This document shows, one piece after another, positions 1-12,699 of a stretch of 64,000 bases of DNA; position 1 is the first letter of the stretch; the number at the start of each line of letters is the position of its first letter. Source of the stretch: Malacoraja senta (taxonomy: Eukaryota); contig CM075991.1 in assembly GCA_038087875.1 (NCBI GenBank), forward strand, positions 5,270,001 through 5,334,000. Reading direction: 5' to 3'. The notes beneath the pieces are model-generated. The model worked only from the letters and a program-made list of their open reading frames with translations. It was not told the DNA's origin and ran no database searches. Both the position numbers and the translations under genes were made by a program.

Positions 1-331
1 TGTTTTTTTTCCTTCTCCGGGTGCTCCGTTTCCACCCACATTCAACAGAGGTTCAGGTTTATAGTCTAATTGATCAAAGGTCGGCGTGGACACAGTGTGT
101 TTCCGTGCTATATCTCAAATTCTAAAGTGCTATTAATTACACGAGTCTAGTAAAGAGCCTATGTGACCACTGTGGCAGTCTGAAGAGGGGTCCCGACCCA
201 AAATGTCACCTATCCACGTTCTCCAGAGAGGCTGCCTGACCCGCTGCTCCTGCATTTTGTGTCTTTCTTGTTTCAGTGTAACCATTATGGGCTAAATGAC
301 TTCCTTCTTTGTCTATGGAATCAAACACAGA

Positions 332-618
332 GGCTCAGCTGCTGCCTCAGAGCGCCAGAGACCGAGGTTTGATCCTGACCTCAGGTGCTGTCTATGTGGA
401 GTTTGCACATTCTCCGAGTGACCGCGTGGGTTTCCTCCGGGTGTGCCGGTTTCCTCCCACATCCCAACAACATGCGGGTTTGTAGGTTAATTAGTCTCTG
501 ATATTTAGGGAGTGGATGAGAAAGTGGGATAACGTAGAACTAGTGTCAATGGGTGATCAATGGTTAGCATAGACATATTGGGATGAAGGGTCTGTTTCCA
601 TGCTATATTGCTAAACGA
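332..618 (+). mobile_element. HE1-type tRNA-derived V-SINE
   Basis: tRNA-like head (GGTTTGATCCTGAC B-box), central GGGTTTCCTCCGGGTG...CCTCCCAC domain, CR1-like tail. Confidence 0.8.
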
Positions 619-1262
619 AATTTATTGATCACATCTTATGGTAAACATAGACCTTTCAGTTTTATTCACGAGACTCATGAAAAGCCGAGTGAAATGTACT
701 TTCAGCTAATAATTTTGGAGATTTTCTCTATCTGTGTAACTGTCTGAGCGGCAACGTGAAATTTGACAGGAGCACATCTTTTAACAGCAGCGTAAAATAA
801 AGGCAAGCTTAATTAAATTAATACAAGTCGAGCACCCTGTAAGTTAATTTTCATTTGAAGGAGAAGGCGTAAGCCGGTGCTTAATCATGACAAGCAATTT
901 AACCAGCTTTCTTTGAATAGACAGCGCTGTTTAATTCAATCTGTGTGACATTTGGTGAATAGCAAAAACACTTAAACCAAATGTTCCTTCAGCTCCATTT
1001 AAAATGCATCCAGTCTTGGGTCACTGAGGCGTGCAGCCATGCTAATGTTATTGGAATGCAAATCAGGGTGAATCGGGACCCAGTCCCACCTCTCTCACAC
1101 ACAAACAACACTTTTGCCTTGTAATTGTAGCAGGGCATCTTAAGGTATACGCCTGGACCCGTGGGGATAATGGCTCCCTCCATGTGGCTTCATTAGAAAT
1201 GAATAATTTTGAATACAAACCAGGCAGCTTGCAAAGGGAGGCAAAATATGGCTTTTTAATTT

Positions 1263-1562
1263 CGGTTAGTGTACAGATACAGCACGGAAGCAGGCCCTCT
1301 GGCTCACCGAGTCCACGCCGATCGCCGTACGCTAACACTATCCTACACATGAGGGACAATTTACAATTTTTACCAAAGCCAAATTAACCGACAGTCGTGT
1401 ACGTCTTTGGAGTGTGGGAGGAAACCGGAGCACCCAGGGGAAACCCATACAGGTCACGAGGAGGACGTACAAACTGCGTAGAGATAGCACCCATAGGCAT
1501 GATCTAGCCCGGGTTTCTGGCGCTGTAAGGCTGCAACTCTACCGCTGTGCCACCTTGCCGCC
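1263..1562 (-). mobile_element. HE1-type SINE
   Basis: Near full-length reverse copy of the SINE consensus seen throughout the window. Confidence 0.85.
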
Positions 1563-1623
1563 ACCATAGCTTAAAAAATCGTGTAATATCTCATTACTGC
1601 AAAATTATTCATGAGAAATAGGA

Positions 1624-1918
1624 GCAGCACAGTAGCACAGCGGTAGAGTTGCTGCCTTTCAGCGCCACGGGCCCAGGTTCGATCCTGACTACAGGTGTGG
1701 CTGCGTAGGTTTCCTCCGGCTGCTCCGTTTACCTCCCACAACTCTTGTACGTATGGATTTGAAGGTTAATAGGCCTCAGCAAAATTGTTCCTAGCGTGTA
1801 GGTAGTGGATGGGAATGTGGGGTGGCATAGAACTAATGTGAACGGGTGGTCATTGGTCGGTGTGGACTTGGTTGGCTGAAGGGCCTGTTTTCATGCTGTA
1901 TCTCTAAATTGCACTAAA
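1624..1918 (+). mobile_element. HE1-type SINE
   Basis: A-box-like GTAGCACAGCGG, B-box GGTTCGATCC, tail GAAGGGCCTGTTT...GCTGTATCTCTAAA. Confidence 0.85.
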
Positions 1919-2176
1919 CCAAGTGCTGGTTAATGGGAAGATTATAGTTGGCCACCTGATGGCCAGCACAGGCAGGGTGGGCTGAAGGGTCTGTTACCTC
2001 TGGGAAACATTAGCTGATACAAGCAGAATGACAGCACTGCAGGTCAGGATTGAACGCAACTGCGCCTGTGCCAAATGTAAAGCCAATTAAAACGCAGCAA
2101 ACTCCAACAAACATTGACAGGATAATCTGCTTTAGTGGGAGAAACTAATATCCATCCCCAGGATAAGTCTCATTTT

Positions 2177-2625
2177 ACATAGAAACATAGAAACATAGAA
2201 ATTAGGTGCAGGAGTAGGCCATTCAGCCCTTCGAGCCTGCACCGCCATTCAATATGATCATGGCTGATCATCCAACTCAGTATCCCGTACCTGCCTTCTC
2301 TCCATACCCTCTGATCCCTTTAGCCACAAGGGCCACATCTAGCTCCCTCTTAAATATAGCCAATGAACTGGCCTCGACTACCCTCTGTGGCAGAGAGTTC
2401 CAGAGATTCACCACTCTGTGTGAAAAAAGTTCTTCTCATCTCGGTTTTAAAAGATTTCCCCCTTATCCTTAAGCTGTGACCCCTTGTCCTGGACTTCCCC
2501 AACATCGGGAGCAATCTTCCTGCATCTAGCCTGTCCAACCCCTTAAGAATTTTGTAAGTTTCTATAAGATCCCCTCTCAATCTCCTAAATTCTAGAGAGT
2601 ATAAACCAAGTCTATCCAGTCTTTT
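2177..2625 (-). mobile_element. CR1 LINE 3' fragment
   Basis: RGDLIETYKILKGLDRLDAGRLLPM...RTRGHSLRI ORF2 C-terminus; (ATGTTTCT)n tail. Confidence 0.9.
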
Positions 2626-2682
2626 TCTCAGACATAGGACACCGCGGAATCTTTACACCACCTCTTTTGATTATTTGATTGA

Positions 2683-3056
2683 AAGATACAGCATGGAAAC
2701 TGTCCTTCAGTCCATTGAGTTCACACTGACCACCGATCGCCAATCCAAAGATAGACACAGCGTGCTGCAGTAACTCGGCGGGTCAGGCAGCATCTCTGGA
2801 GAGAAGTGACATTTCGGGTCGGGATCCTTCTTCGCGCTCTTCAGATGACCCATCCACACTAGATCTATGTTAAACCACTTTCGCATCCACTCCCTACACA
2901 CTTGGGCCAATATTTTACAGAGGCCAATTAACCGACGCACCTGGAGTGAAGCCAAGCGGTGACTTGGAGAGCGTGCAAGCTCCACACAGACAGCACCCGA
3001 GGTCAGGATCGAAACGGCTGTGAAGAAGCAGCTCTACCAGTTGCACCACAATGCTG
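2683..3056 (-). mobile_element. HE1-type SINE with nested Penelope-derived fragment (about 2746-2845)
   Basis: SINE consensus interrupted by GACACAG...GGGTCAGGCAGCATCTCTGGAG. Confidence 0.7.
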
Positions 3057-3606
3057 CCTGTTCTTGATTATCCGAAAGATGGTCACTCCAAGAGGCCGTT
3101 ACTCCGCCTACACTGGTTCTGAAGAGTCACGGGATTTATCAAATGAAGCACGTTAAAATGAGATATTCCAAAAATCAACTATTTGGATTAGAAAGCATTT
3201 AAGCTCATTCACAAATCCCAGTAAGCGATGGCTGGTTTAATAAGCCCTCAGATCAGCTTTGAGGCTTTGTTGCAGTAGAGTGGCTAAACATATAATGAAA
3301 TGATGAAAGAATACTCTTTGAAGAGACTGCATGGTTCATTAATACAACAGGCAGTGTTTCATGTGAAGGAAGGAACTGCAGATACTGGTTTAAACTGAAG
3401 GCAGGTCTCGACCCAAAACATCACCTATTCCTTTTCTCCAGAGATGTTGTTTGACCCGCTGAGCTACTCTAACTTTTTGTGTCTATAGGCAGTATTTAAT
3501 TTGCTCCATCAAAAGATATCTCAAGTAGTAACAATCAGGAATAGAAAGTCAATGTACTCAGTGAAAGAGACTGAGATGCAGCATGCAGGTACAAGTTGCT
3601 GCAGAA

Positions 3607-4068
3607 TTAGGTGTGTCAGAGGTTATGGGGAGAAGGCAGGAGAATGGGGTTAGGAGGGAGATATAGATCAGACACGATTGAATAGACCATGTGGGTCAAA
3701 TGGCCTAATTTGCTCCTATCACTTATGATCTTATGAATTAGGCCATTCGGCCCATCAAATCTACTCCGCCATTCAATCATGGCTGATCTGTCTTTCCCTC
3801 ACATCCCCATTCTCCTGAAACTTTCTTTATCTTTGTTTTCCTGGCAATATAATAGACAATAGACAATAGGTGCAGGAGTAGGCCATTTGGCCCTTCGAGC
3901 CAGCACCGCCATTCAATGTGATCATGGCTGATCATCCCCAATCAGTACCCCGTTCCTGCCTTCTCCCCATATCCCCCGACTCCGCTATTTTTAAGAGCCC
4001 TATCTAGCTCTGTCTTGAAAGCATCGAGAACCTGCCTCCACCGCCCTCTGAGGCAGAGAATTCCACAG
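3607..4068. mobile_element. Cluster of CR1 3' tails (one plus copy nested in a minus copy, then another minus copy)
   Basis: Plus tail 3612-3734 flanked by a GAATTAGG direct repeat; minus tail with (ACAATAG)n at 3853-4068. Confidence 0.8.
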
Positions 4069-4519
4069 AATATGTTCCCTATGATAACAAACATGAACTA
4101 GCTTTGACGGGTTCAATGTTTCTTCTCAGCCATTAATTACACCGTAAACATGTGAGAAAAAACACCTCCAAAGCATTTCAACACCGAAACAGATCTTTAC
4201 ATGGCAGATAGTAATCCCAAATGTACTGTCTGAAGGGACAGTGGGAGCAAGAAACTGGATAAGGAAAAGTAACCTGGTGTGCTCGGGGGACCACAGAGAT
4301 AGCACAGGGTAAGATGGACTGAATAGCCTCCTCCCAGGTGCTCAGAGGATCTGTCAGGAATGAAGTCTGATCCAAAAGAGGAGGGATTTGGAGCTCCGCC
4401 CAACAACTTTCTAACATTTTCACACAAAGGGTGGTGGGCGTATGGAACGAGCTGCCAGTGGAGGTGGTGGAGGCAAGGACCATCCCAACGTTTAAGAAAC
4501 AAACATGTACATGGATAGG

Positions 4520-4615
4520 TCTGAAGAAGGGTTTTGGCCCGAAACGTTGCCTATTTCCTTTGCTCCATAGATGTTGCTGCACCCGCTCAGTTTCTCCAGC
4601 ACTTTTGTCTACCAA
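4520..4615 (+). mobile_element. Short Penelope-derived insert beginning at a hammerhead-like motif
   Basis: TCTGAAGAAGGGTTTTGGCCCGAAACGTTGCC...; 13-bp TSD GTACATGGATAGG (4507-4519 / 4616-4628), inside a CR1 tail. Confidence 0.8.
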
Positions 4616-5477
4616 GTACATGGATAGGGCAGGTTTGGAGGGAGATGGGCAAAATGCCCTTGTGGGACATAATAATCATACTTTATTAGCCAAGCAACAT
4701 ACGAGGAATTTGAGTTGGGCTTAAGGGCCTGTTTCAACACTGTATCACTCTATGACTCTATTAATAAGAAATGAATTACAAGCAGGTTGGAGGGACTCCA
4801 AATATTTAGCAACAATCATTGACACAATTGCAGGAGGAGACGGGCGGAGAGATTGAGTGGGGCTTGGGAATGGGGGCAGCTGAAGGCAGGGCACCAATAT
4901 CGGAAATCTAATCCCACTTCGCTTCTACAAAGAGGAAGCGTTCACAGTGCGTGGCGATTATGGGACCACACACACACACACGGGCTCAGTTGCCACACGC
5001 TACACTCCGTCGGTGCCTCTGCCGTGAGCTGAGCTAAACCTGCCATTGGCCACTTGCCTTTTGTCAGTGGCAGTGTTGGCACCAGGCCCAGCAACACTGC
5101 CTGATCCGTGCCCACACACTGCAGCCTGTTCACTCAGAACAATACCCTGGCAGCCAGACCCACTGAGAAACCTTCCCTTTCAGTCGTGTGGTGCTACACA
5201 ATACAGGAATGCCCCTGACGTACATAGGCCCCACAGCCCCTGCCCCATCCTCAGCCAGTCACCTCCTGCAGCACCTGGCATCTCCATCTCCATCTCCTTA
5301 CCCCAGATTTCCCTGTTTCAAGTAATGCGCTAATCTCCCTGGCCCAGAATCAACCCAACATTCTGCTTTTTTTGTTCAAATCCATGCCCCAAGTCTACAA
5401 CATCCTTTTGTTGGAATAGAACATAAAACAGCACATACATCCCAGCAGCAGTTACGTTTCCTTGCTTTGTTAGTTGA

Positions 5478-5510
5478 ATAACTGTGGTAATTCTAGAGCT
5501 AATACATGCC
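5478..5510 (+). pseudogene. 18S rRNA-derived fragment
   Basis: ATAACTGTGGTAATTCTAGAGCTAATACATGCC matches a conserved 5'-domain segment of vertebrate 18S rRNA as recalled; similarity decays on both sides. Confidence 0.8.
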
Positions 5511-5521
5511 AACAAGCCCAA

Positions 5522-5824
5522 GGGGTGGCACTGTGTCGCAGCGGTCGATCTGCTGCCTCACAGCGCCAGAGATCTGGGATCGATCCCGACTACGGGTGCT
5601 GTCTGTACGGAGTTTGCACGTTCTCCCTGTGACCACGAGGGGTTTCTCTGGGTACTCTGGTTACCTCCCACTTTCCAAAGGCATGCAGGTTTGTAGGTTA
5701 ATTGGATTCTGTAAATTGCCCCTAGTGTGTCGGGCAAGAGATGGTGTAAGGGTGAGCATCGGTCAGCACAGACTTGGTGGGCCGAAGGGCCTGTTTCCAT
5801 GATGTATCTCTAAAGTGAACTAAA
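5522..5824 (+). mobile_element. HE1-type SINE
   Basis: Full head, central domain and tail. Confidence 0.85.
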
Positions 5825-5825
5825 G

Positions 5826-6560
5826 AACATAAAATATAGAACAGTACAGCACAAGAACAGGCCCTTCAGCCACAATGTCTGTGCCTAACTTGATGCTAAG
5901 ACCATCTCTTATGCACCCACGCATAATCTATATCCCTTCATTCCCCGCATATGCACATACTTATCCAAAGTGGCCTCAACCACCAACCCTGGCAGCTCGT
6001 TCCAGGCACTCGCCACCCTCCGTGCAACAAAAACTTGCGCTGCGCATCTCCTTTAAACTTTACCCATCTCATCTTAGCAATACCCTCTAATATTTGATAT
6101 TTTTTCCATCCTGGGGTAAAGGTTCTGACTGTCGACCCTATCTATGCCTCTCATAATTTTAGAGACTTCTATCAGGACTCCCCGCAACCTCTGGATTTCC
6201 AGAGCAAACAATCCAAGTCTGCCCAATCTCTCCCTGTAGCTAATATCCCCTAATTTCACTTTAGTTTTAGAGATACAATGTGGTATCAGGGCCTTCACCA
6301 AACCTAGTCTGCGCCAACCAGCAATCCCCATCCTCTACTATCCTACACACTAGGGACAATTTATAATTTTTACCAAAGCCAAATTAACCTACAAACCTGT
6401 AGGTCTTTGCAGTGTGGGAGGAAACCAGAGCACCCGGGAGAAACCCACGCGGTCACGGGGAGAAGGTACAAACTCTGTACAGACAGCACCCGTAGTCAGG
6501 ATAGAACCCGGGTCTCTGGCGCTGCAAAGCACCATCTCGACCGCTGCACCACCGTGCCAC
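5826..6560 (-). mobile_element. CR1 3' fragment (5826-6252) followed by HE1-type SINE (6256-6560)
   Basis: SYRERLGRLGLFALE..RLRGVLIEVSKIMRGIDRV; SINE consensus in reverse. Confidence 0.82.
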
Positions 6561-6764
6561 CTCGAATCCAGGCAATATTCTGGAATACTCGAGCAGCAGT
6601 GTGGAACTCTGGAACCAAGCCCTAATTCACCACTGCTCCACTTCACTTCATCTCCATCTGTGCTGAATGCTAAAATAATTGGCAAAACTGAGAAACCTGT
6701 AAAATGTTTATTGTTGTGCTTGTGTTAGGGCTCTGATTTCATAATTTCTTATGACACAGTTAAA

Positions 6765-7080
6765 AGCCCTGTCCCACTGTACGAGTTCATTCAAGTGCTC
6801 TACCGAGTTAAAAAAAAAATCAAACTCGTCGTAAGCACACAAAACGAACGTAGCAGGTACGTCGGAGCTCAGGGACGTCTCTTAGCGGCTCGTAACGCTA
6901 ACAGCAGGTACTCGAGAAATGCGGTAAGCTCGGGAAGACTCGTGAAGATTTTTCAACATGTTGAAAAATGTCCACGAGAGCCCCGAGTACTTACGAGCGG
7001 CCATTACCGTAAATCTCCGAGTTCGAATCAGGACAAACTCGGGAGAGCTCTTGAATGAACTCGGACAGTGGGACAGGGCT
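6765..7080. mobile_element. PIF/Harbinger-type MITE
   Basis: About 31-bp TIRs AGCCCTGTCCCACTGT(A/C)CGAGTTCATTCAAG; central palindrome TTTTTCAACATGTTGAAAAA; TSD not clean. Confidence 0.75.
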
Positions 7081-7115
7081 AGTCAATCAGCTTGTCGACG
7101 CTATGCCCATTCACC

Positions 7116-7715
7116 AGACATTGAGTATAGAAGTTGGAAGGTCATGTTGCAGTTGTACAATGTGAGTTCACATTTAGAGTATTGTGTTCAGTTCTGGGCA
7201 CCATGTTATAGGAAATATGTTGTCAAGCTGGAAAGGGTACAGAGAAGATTTACAAGAATGTGGCCAGGGTTAGAGAGTCTGAGCTATAGGCAGAGGTTGA
7301 GTAGGCTGGGACTCTATTCCATGAAGCGCAGGAGGATGAAGGGTGATCTTATTGAGGTGTATAAAATCATGAGGGGAATAGATCGGGTAGATGCACAGAG
7401 TCTCTTGCCCAGAGTTGGTGAATCGAGGGCCAGAGGAAAGGTTTAAGGTGAAGGGGAAAAGATTTAATAGGAATCCGAGGGGTAACTTTTTTTACTCAAA
7501 TGGTGGTGGGTGTATGGAACAAGCTGCCAGAGGAAATAGTTGAGGCAGGGACTATCCCACCATTTAAGAAACAATTAGACAGGTACATAGATAGGACAGG
7601 TTTGGAGGGATATGGACCAAATGTGGGCAAGTGGGACTAGTGTAGCTGGGACATGTTGACTGGTGTGGGCAAGTTAGGCCGAAGGGCCTGATTCCGCACC
7701 ATATCACTCTATTTC
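7116..7715 (+). mobile_element. CR1/HER1-type LINE 3' fragment
   Basis: HLEYCVQFWAPCYRK..KLERVQRRFTRM..RRRMKGDLIEVYKIMRGIDRV; tail GGCCGAAGGGCCTG shared with the SINEs. Confidence 0.92.
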
Positions 7716-7929
7716 CATCAGCCCTATTTCCTCCCCTTAATATTTGTCAATGCACTCCCAATCCTCCTGCCACCAATTTACAGCAGGGGCAATGTGTAGA
7801 GGTCAAGGCACATATGTACCAGCATGTCTGTGGGATGTGAGGAGATGGGAGAATACATGGAGAGAAACCTACACATTACAGGAAGGTTGTAAAAACTCCA
7901 CGCTGTAGCAAAGTGAGAGAGACATAGAG

Positions 7930-8295
7930 CTCTACAGCATGGAGAAGGGCGACCTTGAGGGTAGACAGTCAAAACCTTCCACCCAGGGTGGAAACATCCA
8001 ACACCAGAGGGCATAGCTATAAGATGAGAGCAGGTAAGTTTTTTGGAGATGTGCGGGACAAGTTTTTTTTTTTTTTTTAAAGGTGGTGAGACTTGGAATG
8101 CATTTCCAGGTGTGGTGGTGGAGGCATATACGATAGTGGCATTTAAGAGCCTTCTAGATAACTACATGGAAGTGCATGGAATAGAGGGATACGGATAATG
8201 TACAGGCAGATGAGATGAGTTTAACTCGGCTTCATGTTTGCCACAAACATTGCGGGCCAAAGAGCCAATTCCTGTGCTATATTGTTCTATGTTCT
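7930..8295 (+). mobile_element. Older CR1 3' fragment
   Basis: Degenerate ACCAGAGGGCATAG...GGTGGTGGAGGCA...GCATTTAAGAG motifs. Confidence 0.7.
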
Positions 8296-8752
8296 ATTAG
8301 ATACTGTGATCCATGTAAGTGTAGGTTTGGTTCGTGCTTACAATCACACACTCTGTATTCCTTACGATCAGTTTTTATCCCCAGTTGTTACCCCCTGCTG
8401 GAAGTCCACACCTCCACTTCTCCTTGTGTCATGTAGGATTGATGCTACATTGTAAATCTAACCATGCACATCAATTCAAACAGATTTCAACACATATTGT
8501 GATTCACAGCGGAGTGTGTGTCTCCTAATTCAGTCCTATCAGTCAAACTACTGAACACCTTTAAAGTGTTCCTGTCGTGCTTAATACTTTAACTACTTGA
8601 TTCAAATGAACAAATGGTCATGTTTATTGCTGCCATAAACAACACCTTGGACAAGCAAAAGGTGCTGGAAGATTTGCAGCCAGCTTGCTTGTTCTCTCTC
8701 ACCCATTCTCACTGTCCCCTGCCCTCTCCCCACACACACACAGTCTGTGAAA

Positions 8753-9020
8753 GTTTAGTTTAGTTTATGGACACTGCGAGGAAACAGGCCATTCGGCCCA
8801 CACCGACCTGCAAGCCCCGCACATTAACACACACACACGACATCAAGCCAATTAACCTACAAACCCGGAGTGTGGGAGGAAACCAAAGATCTCGGAGCAA
8901 ACCCACGCAGGTTACGGGGAGAACGTACAAACTCCGTACAGACAGCATCCATGGTCAGGATCGAACCTGGGTCTCTGGCGCTGCAAGGCAGTAGCTCTGC
9001 CATTGTGCCACCCTGCTGCC
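8753..9020 (-). mobile_element. HE1-type SINE
   Basis: Reverse consensus with (CTAAA)n tail. Confidence 0.85.
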
Positions 9021-11009
9021 CAGAGGTAGGGTGGATGGTTTGGGGAAGCTGACATTAATTTGCACAGAAGCTCTCCGGTGAAGCAAACCTTTAAGTGTTG
9101 TGGATGGATGAAGGTGCCACTGCTGTGATGTTGGGGAGAGTGCTGGATCCAGCAACCTGAATTTGCACAATACAATTCTGCCTGCCACCCCTCAAAAGAG
9201 TTTGCTCTTGTGGTATACCAATGGTGATTTTAAGCTTTGCATCTCAGGTAAGCATACTTATTTTTTTTATCTGTCATGGTGATTTTTATATTTCAGAATG
9301 TCCTCTTTGTTAAATATTTAAAAAGCAGAATTCATGGAATGCATGGATTGTGTGGCTTTAAATGTGCCCCAAGTGGGTTTCATTCATAACATGGTGTTGA
9401 AATCTACCTACAATACCTGGAAGAAAGCAAATAATTCAGGTGCTGGTTGCATTAATCTGATAGAAATTATGTTCCTTAGTTATTCTTTAGAAATTATGTT
9501 CCTTATGTTTCTTAGAAATCTACGTATAAAGCTCCATCGGAACTTCCTCTTTAGCTTTTGTCCTTAGTAAATGAAAACAATGAGAGCAGCAAAAAGAGGT
9601 CCAAGTTGCAAGTACGTAGGTGGAAGTTGTAACTAGACTGGTTTCCAATGGAATTTTTGAAGCCACAAGATGGTGAGTGGGCTGGATAAATGCAAGAGCT
9701 TCAGTCCCGTGGCAGTGAGTGTGCAGCTGAGCAAGGGACACATTGCTGGAGTCCGAGGAAAGATTCCCACCCAAAACGTCACCTATTCCTTTTCTCCAGC
9801 GATGCTGCCTGACCTGCTGAATTACTCCAGCATTTGGTGCCTGTTTGTTGTAGTGTAGGTTAAAGATAGTTTAGTGTAGGTTAAAGATAGAGTGCAGAAA
9901 CAGGCCCTTCGGCCCACCGAATCCATGCCGGCCAGCGTTCACCTGCACAGTAGTTCTATCCTACACACTAGGGACAATTTACAGAAGCCAATTAGCCTAC
10001 ATGCCTTTGGAAACCCACGTGGTGACAGGGAGAATGAATGAATGAATAAATGTATTATACCAAGAAGGTACAAACTCCGTACAGACAGCACCCGTAGTCA
10101 GGAAAAGTAAAGGAACACTGCCTCAGTAAATTGTCCCTGGTGTGTAGGGAGTGGGTGAGCAAGTTGGATAACATAGAACTGGTGTCAACGAGTGATGATG
10201 GTCGGTGCGGACTTGGTGGCCCGAAGAGCCTGTTTCCGCCCTGCACCACGAAAGTAAAGTCTAACCTTTTGCGACATTGCCTGACAACATGCCCATGAGA
10301 TTTATTTCAGACGACTTTATCACATTAAGGGATGTCGTTATTGATGGGCACAAATTAATGCGCTTCAAGGACACCCTTGCCCTGTGCATGACTCCATTCA
10401 CATAACAATGTGGCTGCAACTATACCTTCTCTCAAATCACTTGATTTACCTCAATCTTCCTTACCATCTTCACAGAGAATGCAGAATATGCTCTTTTGAT
10501 GGAATATTTTAAAATTAAACACTAATTATAAAGACAGCCCCATCTTTTGGTTAACATTGCCCGACCATTGATGAAATACTTCTCCTTGGATCGCGACCAA
10601 ATTTGAAACAGAAGTGAATACTGGCCCCGTTCCAGCCACAGGGTCGAGCTATTTCAGTCGTTCCATGGTGGCTTTGAATGCTGTAAGCTTACACCTGGAA
10701 TCTGGACTGGCACGTCACACACCAGAGTTATTTTAGGGCCAGTGTTGCCTGTCTCAACAAGTTGCTTCTGGAAGGCAAGAGAGAGGAGAGACGCTCAAAG
10801 AGCCACTTGCAGCTTCTTCCTCAAAATTACCTCCCAACTCTCATTCGCAAAAGCTGTTCAAACTCCAGGCTGATGAATGAAGTGTCACAATTGCATTTTT
10901 TATAATGATGCATCTTTGAATTGAAAATTAAAGCTACTTTATTTCTGGAACAGGATGAAGAGCATCTGTGCTGAGAAAGTTCTATTCATTGGGGAAATTA
11001 CTTCCTCAC

Positions 11010-11293
11010 TTTAGAGATACAGCACAGAAACAGGTCCTTCAGCCCAAAGAGTCCGCGCCGACCAGCAATCCCCGTACTCTAGCACTATCCTACACACTAG
11101 GATTTGTACCGAAGCCAATTAACCTACACACCTTTACGTCTTACGGAGTGTGGGAGGAACCTGGAACACCAGAGGAAAACCCACACGGTCACAGGGAGAA
11201 TGTACAAACTCCATACAGACAGCACCTGTAGTCAGGATTGAACCCGGGTCTCTGGCGCCATAAGGCAGCAACTCAACCGCTGTGCCACCGTGC
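11010..11293 (-). mobile_element. HE1-type SINE
   Basis: Reverse consensus. Confidence 0.85.
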
Positions 11294-12699
11294 TGACCTT
11301 GTGATGTCTGATATTGGGGAACTCTGAAATACTCGCAGCAAAGTACTTAACCCTTGGAAGAACAAGTTGTGACCCCCTTCCTCCTTCACCATTTTAATCT
11401 CATATGGTAGGAAATAATTCCTGATCTTCTCATCTACCTCATTGTAGCCCTTGCACTTTTTTTTTTTAATGGCACTTTCTCAATAGCTGTAACACAATAT
11501 TCTGCAATCTGTTTATTTTCTTTTTTCACTACCTGATGTACCTGATAGTAATGACCTGCCAGGCTTCATCCTTCCCCTCCACTCCTCTAGCTTTCTTTCC
11601 ACCCACCCCTGCAAACAGTCTGAAAAAAAGGGCCCCACCCCAAAACGTCACCTGTCCATTTTCTCCAGGGATACTGCCTGACCAGCTGAGATACACCAGC
11701 ACTTTGTGCCTTTCCTATGGTAATGCTGTGCCTGGATAGCGCACAAAACTGATTTTCATTAAGAGAGAGGAGACACTAGGAACTGCAGATGTTGGTTCAC
11801 AAGGTTCATAAGTCATAGGAGCAGAAGTAGGCCATTTGGCCCATCAAGTCTACACCATCATTCAGTCATGGCTGATCTATCATTCCCTCTCAACCCCATT
11901 CTCCTCAATCTCCAAACAAAAATACCCATTGACTTGGCCTCCACAGCCCTTCGAGGCAACGAATTCCACAGATTCACCACCCTCTGACAAAATAAATTCC
12001 TCCTTATCTTTTTTCTAAAGTGCGAGAATAACTCAGCAAGTCAGGCAGCATCTCTGGAGAACATGAATAGGTGAAGTCTCAGGTCGACACCTTTTTTGAG
12101 ACTGGTTCGATATATTTAGGCAGACATGTCCATAATGAATTAATACCAAAACCAATATGTTAATCACGTGAGCCATGACCAGAAAAACATCTCCTCCCTT
12201 ACGGATCATTGACGCAACTCCCCACATTCGTCCCACTTATACCGCCCATCGACTGCGAGCCTCCCACTCTAAAGCCTCTCTTGCCCCAGACTCTGGCTCA
12301 CATCTAGTGCCCTTGCCCATGGAGTACCAGCCCCCCTGCCTGGTCCTTTCCCTTCCCGAGCTCTACCGATCTTGGAGTCCACCTCAACGGTGCATTCAGA
12401 AGAGTGCAGTACATTGGTCATCCCAGGCTGCAGAATCGTTCAGCCATGGGACCTGGAGAAAATACTGCCCTCCCACTGCCCCATCAAGGCAAGAGATTGA
12501 AAAGGAAGGGTTTAAACCAGCATCTGCTGTTCCTTCCTACACAAGAGATTGAGAGGGTCTAGATTAGTAAGGGTGTCTAAGATTATAGGGAGAAGGCAGG
12601 AGAATGGCATTGAGTGGGAAAAATAGATCAGCCACAATTGGATGGTAGGGCAGATGCGATGGAGTAATAGCCTAATTCTGCTCGTATATCCAATGGCCA

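Noticed and set aside
6958..7446. 162-aa ORF
   Set aside because: Chance fusion of MITE sequence with a CR1 ORF2 remnant.
9240..9255. Strong plus-strand donor CAG|GTAAGC
   Set aside because: No supported upstream acceptor or recognisable reading frame.
9460..9520. Short tandem repeat TAGAAATTATGTTCCTTA
   Set aside because: Only about 2.5 degenerate units; a simple slippage duplication, not a CRISPR-like array.
10455..10475. Minus-strand AAGATG|GTAAGG possible start-codon exon end
   Set aside because: Single motif with no further support.
12175..12552. 125-aa ORF in GC-richer unique sequence
   Set aside because: No recognisable domain or splice context; ends in a repeat.
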